A DNA stretch of 64,000 nt from Orbicella franksi (taxonomy: Eukaryota), in assembly GCA_964199315.1 (NCBI GenBank), contig OZ116703.1, forward strand, positions 7,812,001 to 7,876,000, written 5' to 3'. Positions within the stretch are counted from its first letter, which is position 1. Each line of letters starts with the position of its first letter. Made by a program: the position numbers and the translations under genes. Below are positions 26,201 through 38,200 of the stretch, one piece after another. The notes under the pieces are model-generated. The model made no database searches, had not been told where the DNA came from, and worked only from the letters and a program-made list of their open reading frames with translations.

Positions 26201-29200
26201 TCTAGGTTCACATACGCTTTCCAGCAGTCGCTCACTATGGTGGTGCCTGGTTCAATCCATTCTTGTACATGCTTCAATAATGTCCCTTCAGTCCTGTCTT
26301 CCACGCATACAATGAAGCACTTTCTCGATTCCTCTTCGATTCCGCCGGAAACCCACTGTCCCTCCACTACATGCCCGCGATGATACTTTCTCTTTCCAAT
26401 CTTCGATTCGTCTATTTGTACAACTTTTCCAGGTCCTCCAAGTTTCTCTCGGTTTTCAAACAGTGTCACTTCGCAAAGTTCGCGACAAAACATGTCCCAG
26501 TCCACTGCAGTGTGGGAGCCAAGGCCAAGTTGCTGTTTAATTTGCCATTGCTCTAATCCTTGGCTCCACCAGTACGTAAATTTTATAACCTCTTCTATGG
26601 ACAGGTTGGACTGTTCAAACCAGCTTCCTTCTCTGATACTCTTTTCTGTTCTGTGCCTTTTTCGTCCAATTTGCCTCCTGCATTCCCAAACATAACCATC
26701 AGAACGGTCACTGCACTCTCGAAGCTTCATTTCGGAACAGCAAATGTCACATATACGATTTGTCGCAAGAAGCTTTTCTTTTTTTAACCATTCAATGGTG
26801 TAGTCTTTCGTCCAAAGGTGATTTCGAAGCAGTTCATCATACGTCAAGAAACCAGTTTCGTTATTACGCCTTCCATAACTTTCTATAGAATGTGAACATT
26901 GTACACCTATTTCTTTACGCTCAACGGCCGCGCACCCAACTTGTATTCCTATTTTTCTTTTATGAGTCACAGAGTACATTTTCTTCCAATTTTCTTTTTA
27001 CGCTTCTGATAAACGTGCAACGCATTACAAAATGTCCTTATCCTGTTTTCCGAATGCAAATTGACAACAAATGACCATTAATATTTCCATTCGCTTTCTG
27101 TTTCTTACACCGACAATAACTTCACACGCTTTGTTATAAGACATCTGATAAACGTATAGCGCATTAAAAGATGTCCTTATCCTATTTTTCATATGCAAAA
27201 TTTACAACAAATGATCAATAATATTCCTTCCGCTTTCTGTTTATTACACCTACAATATCTTCGCACGCTTTGTCATAAGAGAAGACATTTGTTACAGCTT
27301 CTATTATTCTTCATCAACAAACAATACCACCAATCCCACTGGGCACAGGCAAAACCCAAACAATAACTTTGCGCTGTAACAATAATTGAAATCAGCCCAG
27401 TCAAACAACCAAAGACAATATTTTATGGTTTAGATAGCTTTCCTTTTGTTATATTCATTTACCCCCACACGAACTCACGGTAATATTATTAAACGTACGT
27501 TCTTATACAATTCAACTTTCTCTTTAACTTTATCGCACCTCGGTAATTCAATAGCACGGAAACCTCCAACAAATAAAACATATAAATATGACCTTGTTTC
27601 CATACCTTTTTACTCTAATTCCTCTTTATGTTTTCAAATTCATTATCTGTAATTATCAACAATTTTTCATTTTTGGTGTCAGAAGAAAAAAAATGACATG
27701 TTTCGCACATTTATGACACAATAAGCCCCTATAGCGTTTCAACAATAGAAACAACAAAGCAAATGATACGCTAACATGCCGACAAATAAATCCTACACAA
27801 CGTTCTCTCGCCCATAGTCAAGCTGCACTGGCAATACTAACAACTACTTGATCTTGTAAAGATGTCTTCTTCTCGTCTTGCGAAGTTGCGAAAACAACCA
27901 GACAGCACCTGGGCACTACTTCAAAAACGTTTAATCGCGCTCCCGGATCCGTTCGAAAAACTTTTTCTGCCTAATGTTTGGAACTTGATCGTCAACAAGT
28001 CTCATTCCTTGAGCACTAATCCAGGATACGTATCCACAAGTCTTATCACCACGACAACTTTCATTGCTGGATCAGCAAGTACACTTGTCACTGGCACACA
28101 AGAGATGCCTCTAAACATCTATTCAATCTTCGTTGGTCCACCGACGACAGGGAAATCACAAGCCATTAAAGAATGTGCTGTGTCTCCGATGGTTGCAGTG
28201 GTCAGGGAAAGAGATTCCTCATCTCCAGTAATTCAAAAGTGCACATCCTCAGGACTTATAAAGACAATCGCTGACAACAAAAAGGGATTCCTCTTGTCCG
28301 GTGAGATTTACGATGTCTTATTTAAATTACTGAAGTCCAACGAAGAGAACGCCACTGGAGACGTGCAAGTTCTGTGTCAGCTATTTTCTGGAGAGGAAGC
28401 TTCATACAGGTACGCCACAGAAAGAACGCGCGAGATTGCATCAAACACGCCTTTTTCCATACTTGGTGCTACACAAGTTCCGTTTGCCGCCCGCCTTGTC
28501 ACGCTATTAGACCAGGGACACGGTCTTATTGACCGATTTTTAATAACATTTCCAAAATGCCTCAGGCCATCCCCACAAGAAACGAACCAAGCAGTGGAAG
28601 CATTAAAGGAAAGTGCCCTTTCAAATTGTGAAGATATATTCATAGAAATCGCTAGATTGCACACGTAATTTTAAATAATGTCACAATGGCGTACCTATGC
28701 ATTGTGCTTGCTACACCGTACGCAGTGTTGTCTTTTAACGACTACTTTACCAAGGGAAAATAATAACCCGTAACATGGAGAGTACATTCTACGTTCTTTT
28801 AAGAGTCAGAGCCCAACAAAGCTAAACAGAATGTATGTTTTCCGTTTTAAAAATGATAGTTTACGTAAAATAAGCTAAAATAGCACATTTCACAAAGAAT
28901 TTCCAACCGATTTTGTGCCAAAATGCCTCAGGCCATCCCCACAAGAAACGAACCAAGCAGTGGAAGCATTAAAGGAAAGTGCCCTTTCAAATTGTGAAGA
29001 TATATTCATAGAAATCGCTAGATTGCATACATCGCGCTCAAGCTACACACTGACGCAAGAGGCAAATGACACTGTCAACGGTCTCAATGAAGAGTTCATT
29101 GCAGAAGTCAATGAAGCCATTACAGAAGGCAGGACCCCGCCAAAGACAAAAAAGATCGACGTAATTCTGCGCGTAGCTGCCGCACTCCATATCTTCAACC

Positions 29201-32200
29201 ATGTCGCTTCGCAACTTCTCGAGCATACACAACCCACACCGCCAGCAGACAAGATTGAAAGATCAACACTCCTCAGTGCCATTGATTACGTTACTTGGGC
29301 CGAATCACAGAAAGAAATATTTGTTGAGGTAAGCATTGTACATAGTATTTCACTTCCCCTCATCCTATCTCTCTGAGATACAAAACATGTAAACAAAACA
29401 CAGGTCTTCCTTTATAATACAACGTGATAACATCCAAAAACGCGCAGCCGAATAGCCATAGTCACGTAAGTAGCGAAGTGTCAATTTCTCGTTCTAAAAA
29501 CGTGAAAAAAGAAAGTAATACACAAACTGTGTAGTCGCGTAGCAAGGCTTAAAGATTTGTTTATAGTTCGAGTGGCCGGGTATTCTGCAATTTCTCCCCC
29601 ACGTACATACCCTGCCATACACACGAATTTCCACGAGACCGCTTACGCCGTACCCAGTCGGTAACTAATTTGAAATGCACGTAATTTTAAATAATGTCAC
29701 AATGGCGTACCTATGCATTGTGCTTGCTACACCGTACGCAGTGTTGTCTTTTAACGACTACTTTACCAAGGGAAAATAATAACCCGTAACATGGAGAGTA
29801 CATTCTACGTTCTTTTAAGAGTCAGAGCCCAACAGAGCTAAACAGAATGTATGTTTTCCGTTTTAAAAATGATAGTTTACGTAAAATAAGCTAAAATAGC
29901 ACATTTCACAAAGAATTTCCAACCGATTTTGTGCTTCGAAAAAAATTACCCTAAGATCACACAGCGAAGAACCTAAGAGCGCGCCTAGCAATAAAAAATG
30001 TGAATACAAATCATTCGTTCTTTAAAACAACGACCACGCTTTCCAATTCATATGAGTATAATAGCGCACATCTGTATTTTTTTGACCACAAAAACAAACA
30101 TGTCCCCCTTTTTTATGTGATATTTTTAGTTCCTGGGCGAGTTGATAACACCAACACTGGACGACGAAAAACCGCAGCCGACAGCATTAGCAGTGAAGAC
30201 CGCCTGCATCCTATTCTCCGGACCTGTCTTCACCTTCAGGGCATTCAAGCAGAGCGCCACTCGAAAGTTGCGTGGGATTGCGGAAGCAGAATTTCGAGAT
30301 GCCATAGTCAGTTTGGAAAACTCTGGAATGGGAAAAATCTTTTCCTTCAGGATCCCGCGAACCACAAACCCTGTCACAGTTTTTGTGAAGAATAACCCAG
30401 ATTCAATAACATGGCCGAGTGATCTGTGCTCACAAACAGAGTTTCGGCAAAGATACCAGTTACCAACGCATCGCAGTGTCACTCCTGCCATCAAGAGAGA
30501 GTTAGAATCAAGAGGCCATGTACCCTCAGGCTTTTTCAGTGATTAACGACGATCATACGAACTATGTACAACACATTCCCATATCTTTTTGAACTAATTT
30601 TTGTCGTAAATGATATTCTGGTTCCATCGGTTAAGAACATTTTCCAATCAATATAAACTATGTAAAATATTTTCACATATAGTTTTCGAAAAAGTTTTCA
30701 TTAGTTAATGTGATTATTACATTTCAGATTGGCGTGCTACAGTCAAAATGGTTTTAAATATTAAAACATTTTACACTTCATGGATCAAAGTATCTTCGTC
30801 CATTAATACTTCGAATCTTGGATTATTTCTAAGGGAGGGCTGGTGTTCGCCACCACGTATCCACGTATCCGCGTATCCACTTCAATATACACTTGGATTA
30901 TTTCTAGGGGAGGGGTGCTCTTCCCAACCACGTATCCACGTATCCGCGTATCCACTTCAATATACACTTGGATCATTTCTAGGGGAGGGGTGGTCTTCGC
31001 CACCACGTATACACGTATCCGCGTATCCACTTCCATATACACTTGGATTACATTTAGGAGAGGGGTGGTGTTCGCCACTACGTATCCACGTATCCGCAGT
31101 CTTCAAGGAAGCAGCTTTGAAATGGCAGGGTATTCTGCAGTTACTCCCCAGATTTAAAGAAAGGTATACTGTACAATTTACTGACGATGATCGGCTAATG
31201 GTGCAATAAAGACGTAAACGATGGTTGATTTTGTCGAACCGAAACAAGCGAACTGAATCTGTGAGAACCATTGAAGAACTCTCACTGGAATTTGTTCCGC
31301 AGACTTTCGAACGCTATTTTCATAAATTTTCTGCTTAAAGCTAACCAGCAATTTGTAGAAATACTACCTACAACCTATATCTTCCAATCCCGCAGTATTT
31401 ATAACATAACCGGCAAAGTTGTGTGATCCGGTCATGATCAAGAAGCGTTATACTGATATGTAAATAGATCGCAACTGTACGCCGCTAACCAACACTTATT
31501 TCTCTTTCGATTTAGATGAAAGTCGAAGATTAATCCTCTAGAATTACATGATAACAAAATTGTTAGACTCACAGAGTTTTTCGAAGGTTTGGAAATCAGC
31601 AGTGCGACAAAGATTCTGTGCAATAGCGTCGAAAATATGACCGCGTAACTTTATCTGCGGACCGCCTAGGGAACACATCCTTTTCGCTTATCCGACGAAT
31701 TTCACTGCAAACTTTGAGAACAATTTACATTGGCTATTTGGAGTTACGACTTAAAACGTGTGACAATGTGAAATCGGTAATTGTATGAAATGTTTCCTTC
31801 CGCCTTGCTTCCCGCAGCTTCAAAAATACAGGTCCAAACAATACGATTTTCAATCGATCGAAGCCAATGTTTTGGAGGTCATCCAGTCTCGAAAACTGCA
31901 ACACGTACGTCGCTCTTATAAACATGAAGCATTCAAGTGAAAGTAAAACACAAACTGGATTTAACAGAACCTTGACAAAATACATTCTCGGTAAGGACAA
32001 ATGTAAACGGGCTATAAACACGCGTGGGAATCTTATGTTTAGTTGACGAAATTACCATCCAAAGCAGTCCTTGAGTTTTCTTTCCTGCTTTTCGTTTGCC
32101 TGCTCCTCCACTTCGTATCTAGCTTTCCATTCCTAATACACAAGCAGCTCGTCCGCAAAGACGTCTTCCCCGTCGTCGCTTGAAATATTGTAAATTGCTC

Positions 32201-35200
32201 TCAAAGCTCTAAGCAGTGAGTTCACAGTTGTCGAACGTGCTCGATCGAAGTTTATTTCGGAGCCTTCCGAATCGAAACTTAACTCTGACTCCAGTGACGA
32301 AAAAAAAATGATTCTGAGACAAAACTTGGACGTTTTAGTCCCAAAATACATCGGAACGATTAGTTTTGCGTTCTATTTTCTCAAGCAAATACAGAGAGTT
32401 GACTGAGGCGCTATTGTGTTTGGTTCCTGGGTAGACGTCATCAGGTACCGCCGCCCCAGACCCCCTAAAACGCGGTCGTGAAACACTTAATCGCGACTTT
32501 GAAAGGGCATAGAAAATCGAGGATTCAACCAAATTCAAAAATGTCTTTGCCCAAATGCTTCAAATAAAGTCTAGATTTGTTTTAGCGAAAAAAAAATTTG
32601 GGGGTTAGGTGCACTTTAACTTCTTGTTGGTTTTTCCTGCTTTTCCCGAGGATAAAGACTGGTTGGATTCCCTTATCGATTTTGCTTTTTAAGTCTTTAA
32701 GTTGACATTGTGCAACATCCGCAGACTTCTGTTTGATACGTGTGGAGTCTTCGTGAGGGGGTTTTCGGGATTGTCCGGGATTCGTTAAGAAGTGTTTTTT
32801 TTGGTGGCGGAGCCGCCATTTTGTTCTCTCGCGGGCTTCGCCACTCGCGTTCACGCATCAATGACTTCGCCACCAAAACGAAAGCACTCGCGCAAAATCC
32901 GGCCATTCACGCAGGCTATGGTTGTCGTTATGGTAACCTGTGTGTGTCAGACGCCTGTGAGGTAGTGAAACGAGTTACGGTTTAGTTCAAAGTTCGCTTG
33001 ATAATTAAGTCTTGAATACATATATTGTTTTAAACTGTTCGCATTCCTCAGAAAAATATTGTCAAGTGGGCGAGAGCCGGCAGGCCTGGTTCAACATGGT
33101 GTGCAGAAGTGATTTCTGTTATCTGCTGTCTACATGACTTGGGAAATGTTACATGCGCGAGCGGCAAAGAGCAAAGCGATCCTGCGGTGAGGAGTCTCGT
33201 CTCGCGGCTTTGCCGCTCGATTTCGCGCTTGCGGCTACGACGACCTGCTCCCCAGGCTAAGGCAATGTAAAATGCGATCATCGGCGTTGGTTGGTTTTCT
33301 GTTAACCTTTGTCTCTAATCAGCAGCCTTAAGCAAGCCTTTCGTTAATATTGCCCCCAGGCATACATTTCTTTGTAGAAATTGGCGCGTTTGGGGTCACA
33401 TACTTCCATGAGTTAAAAATGGTTTCTTATAAAACTGCGCAGGGTTACTATATTGGCACACTAAATCAATCGATGGAGTTGAATTTCTGTTTTCTATGAA
33501 AAATGCGAAACATTGTTAATGTTGCACAGGGATTTCAATAACATTTTCAGTAGGAGGGTAACTGGTTCTCACAGGCGGGCAAAACCTCTTCGAACTGAAC
33601 TTCTTTCAAAGAAAAACTTTGAGTTCCCAAGATTGTCAAATCAGGCGGGCAAAATCATCCTCACAGCCGCGGGTCAATTTGCGCGGTGCCCGGCTCTTAA
33701 TGAAACCCCTGAAATTGCATGACATCGTCAAAAATAGTCCACTGGTCAGAGGTATGGCAATTGACAGTTCAAACAACTAAAGTCTGATAACAAATTTACT
33801 GTTCTAATGGACTTTTTTCACTGCCAGCAGTCGACACACAGTCGTTTCCTCCTTGATTCCGCGGAAATCCAGTGGTTTTCCACCTGTCGGGCTTGAATAC
33901 GGATGATATCTCTGCAAGCGTTCTTCGGTTACCAGCTTAGGATCAAACAAACCGTTCGTAGTTGACCAAAGCCACTTAAGAAACCCGTCAGTGCTTTCAA
34001 ACACAAACTGTGCACTTTCAGTGTCGTAGCTGTTGATTATATGGAATCCGGCGGCAGAGCAGTACTGCTCGATTTTTGCCCTCTCTTCAAAGTTGAACAT
34101 GCCGATTATTTGCGCTGCCTTCTCTGGATTTAGCTCCTGAAAGGCGTTCAGCATGAATGGGTAAAGATAGCTGACATACTGCGCTGCCACTTTGCCGCCG
34201 GATTTAAGGCTTGTATACATGTTCTGGAACGCGTTATCTTTGTCAGGAATCCACTGAATTACATAGTTGCTAAAGACAATGTCGTACATCTCTGATCTAA
34301 TACCTGGGAACTGCGAAGAGCTTCCTTCGATGAAGGAGAGGTTCTTTATGTCACCGTAAGATTGCCGAGCTAGTTGAAGTCGCTCCTTGTCAGGATCAAC
34401 ACCCACAACTTTTCCCTTGGGTCCGACGAGTTCGGCCAGGTATGCAGACAGCCCTCCTGTACCGCAGCCTAAATCCAAGATGGTGTCTCCGGGCTGAGGG
34501 TTCACGTTCACTCGTATGAACGTTTTGCCGGACTCGTTTTGTACGGGAAGAGAGCTTTCCTTGTATCCCTCTGCAGCAGTGTTAGTGGTCAGTGAAGTCA
34601 TGATGTATAGACTCAGGGGTTAATAAGCAAAGGTACCCTGAGAGTCAGATATTCCCTTCTCTTTCTGCTTGGTGACCTCTTCTCCTGACCGCTTAACTCT
34701 CAAACTAGGTCAACATGTCGTGCGCGTCCGCGTCCGCTTTGTCATGACATGCGATGCACATTTTTAGCTTTTCACGGTTGATTTCAATACTGACAATGCT
34801 GTCAAACTCAGAAAATCGTTAACACCTAAAGTATGTCTGGAATGTTTATTGTGTTATAACCAATCACGAGCGAGATCTTCAACCACAGAAACCACAGAAA
34901 ACCGATGTATTGCATCGGTCACGGATCTCTAAATTTAGTTTTTGGTTTTCGCTTTGGCCCAAGATACACCCTCTGTCTTTATATGTTACTGAAAGTCTAA
35001 ATAATAGCTATCCTTTTGTATTGAGAACCACATCCAGTACCTAGTTTGCGGGATTTTGGAAAACAAGAATCCCGCCGACATGTGCGGTTACTCAAGCGAA
35101 GCGACGGTTAATTTGACACGGCTATAAATAGGGAAAAGATTTAAACTTTGGGGTGTCAGTAAAACGCGGTCTCGGGGCTGGGGTCGGGGTCGGGGTTGGG

Positions 35201-38200
35201 GTCGGGTCTCTTTTTTATAATTTTCTTTCTTTTTTCTTTCTTTAATTTTGTTTTCCAAGGTCTTCTTTCTTTCCTTTTTTTTATCCCAAATTCCGATTTC
35301 TCGCGATTTACATCAGCAGTGCATCATTGCAATATTTTCGCATATGAAGAGAACAAGATGCGGTGGAGCTCATTTTTTCACATCATCTCAAGCAATCCGC
35401 GTCACATTTCAGTCAAGACAGTCAAATATAGAAGCGGCACAAATTTATTTTCTAGTTCAGCGCGCTGATTTCTGCAAAAAAAAGGCCATGAGTTAGTCGA
35501 GTTAGTGGAAAATTAAGAGATCCATCATTAGGTCAAATAAGGATTTTTAAAAGCCTCTAAAAATAATTCGTCTCGAAATCTTAGTATGTACACTCGATGC
35601 TGCTCATTCTGGTAGTTCCGTGAATTGACTAGGTCATACTCTCGCAAGAAACGAAGCGAGGAAAAACAGATTTGTTTGCCTTGAACTAACAAATTCGTGA
35701 ACTAGAATAAAGCAAAACTTATCATAAACACCTACACCGCCTTCCATGAGACCCTGGGAACGAGGTTGCTATAGATCGTTTTGACTGTTGCGCAATGAAA
35801 AAAATAAATCAAAAACCATTTGGCGGTTGAAGTCAAGAAAATGCGATCTTATAAAAAATAAATAAAAGAAAAAACTTCTACAAGTTTTAGGTCGGTGCGT
35901 TTTCCCAAACTTCAGAAATTTGTCAGTAGGTTTCGCACAAATTTACTTCTCAGTATGGAGCCGCCATGTTAGCGAAGCTCTGTAGTACATCAATATGGCG
36001 GCCGGAAAATAGTGTAACCATCTGAAACGTACTTTGGTTATCAAGGCCACTGACTATATTTACCGCAAAAACATACATTCACATAAAATCTTTTCCTAAT
36101 ACCTTTACTTCACAAATGGCTAAAAATCACGGAGTAAGTATATATTTATCGAGGAACGCGATCGCAGCTCTATGTCACGCACTGCCGTAAACCTGAAGTT
36201 CAAAATCCACTGGTTTCCAAACGAAGGACGCTATTGAGCTGAAACGTTGTCAACAATATATGTTTTGCACCTCTTATGCTTGATGAGGATAGAGCCTCTC
36301 GTGGCTGTTTAGTTTTGAATCTCAGAACGTTTTGACGTCACGTGAAAACCATCTATACTAAGCTTTCGAGACTTACTTTTGTAGGCTTCAATAGTGGATC
36401 CCTTAAAGGAAAGAAATGTGTGCATGTTCTACATTTGACTGTTTTGACTGAAATGTGACGAGGGTTGTTTGCGGTGATGTACCTAACAAATGAGCTCCAC
36501 TGCATTCAATTTTCTTTATATGCAAAGATATAGCAATAATGCACTGCTGATACAAATCGCGAGAAATCGGAGTTAACATTAAAAAATAAATAAATAAAAA
36601 AAAAAGACGTTAAAAGAGAAACTTAAAGAGAGAAGGAAAAAAAAAAATGTAAAAAATGAGACCCCGGCCCCACCCCGACCCCGACCTCGAGTCCGCGTCT
36701 TACTGACACACATCCCGCCGACATGTACGGTTACTCAATCGAAGCGACGGTTAATTTGACACGGCTATAAATAGGGATCCGTAGAGATTTGAAACTTTGG
36801 TGGTTTCGCTTACCTTGATATCATCTTTGATTAAACTAGCGACTCGATTTGTTTTAGCAAATAATTACAATCCCTTGGGCGTAGACTACGAGTAGTCCCT
36901 CTTTCGCTTAGTCCGTCGTGCGTGACGCGAAAGAAAACCGCGAGAAAAAAAATGACCGCGCGAAATCCTGGGGCGAGAAGAACGGCCGCGCGAGATCCTG
37001 GGGGCGAGAAGAACGCGAAAGGAAATCTCGCGTTCTTCTTCACGGTTACTGTAAGATATTTTAAAGTACAACAAACACTTTTCTTTTTTAGCGGCAAGTT
37101 TCAGAGGGTGGCTGCTCAATTTACTCCTTATTCATGGACATCTTACAACTGGAAGGCGACCACAAGCCTCAAGAGATGGCTTGCAGTTTGTGGAATTGCT
37201 GCTGTGGTATGTCCAGTCCTTTACAGTTTTATATCAAATTTTATAGACAAGTGACCTAGCCAGAATTAACTTGGGTCTCTTTGCACCCTCAGTTGTAGCT
37301 TAGCTGGAGGGATTTCACGCTGGAGGCTTTTGTTTTCGCGCGCAAAATTCCGCAAGCTGCGTTGGTTATGCCCGCGCCTTGTACCCAGATCTCACTCCGT
37401 TTGATAATGAAAAGTGGCCGTGTGAGATCTGGGTTTGAGATTATGTAGGTCTCTCAATACTGATGATGTAGCTTTACAGAGGTCCGTGTGGTTTCTCTGA
37501 TTGGCTATTGCTCGAATTTTGAATTTTTGCGACAACCGCTACCAGCGATCCCTCAGAGACTCTTAACAGATCTTTGTAGAGCAGAACTTTCCGTTTAGTG
37601 TACTGTTTGTGCTTTTGCTCGAATCACAGACTTCTCTAACTGAGGAAGAATCGAATGCATTAAGACCGTGTGTCTGGTCTTCACCCAAACACAAACACAG
37701 GAGACAAAGCGAAAGTTTGTCATTCAGTTCTTTTTCTCTATTATCGTCCGCTGAATTTGGGAAAGTGAATGAATAAATTTTCTATCTGCTTCAACTTTGT
37801 AAATTTCTAATAGTTTTTTTTTCAGTGGAGACTATTATTGTCTTTCACACATCCCGTCTTGTGATACAGTGCATACGTAACGTTGCTTTATCACGAATTC
37901 TCGTTTGAAGCTGTATGCAGGTTACTGCAACTGTGCTCACAATGTTGTTTTGATATTTCAGTTCCTGATGGCAGAGTTAAACCTGTTTTACCTGAAGTTC
38001 ATTCTGTGGATTCCTCCTCCTCATTTTATTATGCAAGCTCGTATGGCGTTGTATTTAGGGATTGGAGCTGTGTCTCTCAATGAAACATTCCGGTACATGG
38101 ATGACCCGTAAGTACTAAGTAAGCGTAGTTAATATCAGAAGAAAATGATTGTTGGACGTGGCAAAATAACTAGTGAGAAACCTGACGGACATGATACTCT

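Larger units (their letters stand above)
25590..31147. mobile_element. Composite Merlin (IS1595/IS1016-like) element, 5.56 kb, with transposase plus passenger gene
   Basis: Inverted ends GGCTTAACTGCAGAATACCCTGCCACTTCAAAGCT versus (reverse complement) GGAGTAACTGCAGAATACCCTGCCATTTCAAAGCT; mirrored subterminal GGATACGC / GCGTATCC octamers; CCA(G) duplicated at the flanks. Confidence 0.8.
25269..32615. mobile_element. Kolobok-like TIR element (TTAA TSD), decayed, interrupted by the Merlin unit
   Basis: TTAA|AGTGCACCTAACCCC...GGGGTTAGGTGCACT|TTAA; imperfect inverted similarity continues ~200 bp inward (gacgtctacccaggaa / ttcctgggtagacgtc); THAP-like remnant split by the insertion. Confidence 0.75.

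Noticed and set aside
30748-31271. Several overlapping 90-150-aa repetitive ORFs; superficially CRISPR-like periodicity
   Set aside because: By-products of the 75-bp subterminal tandem repeat; units are contiguous with no unique spacers, and the context is eukaryotic.
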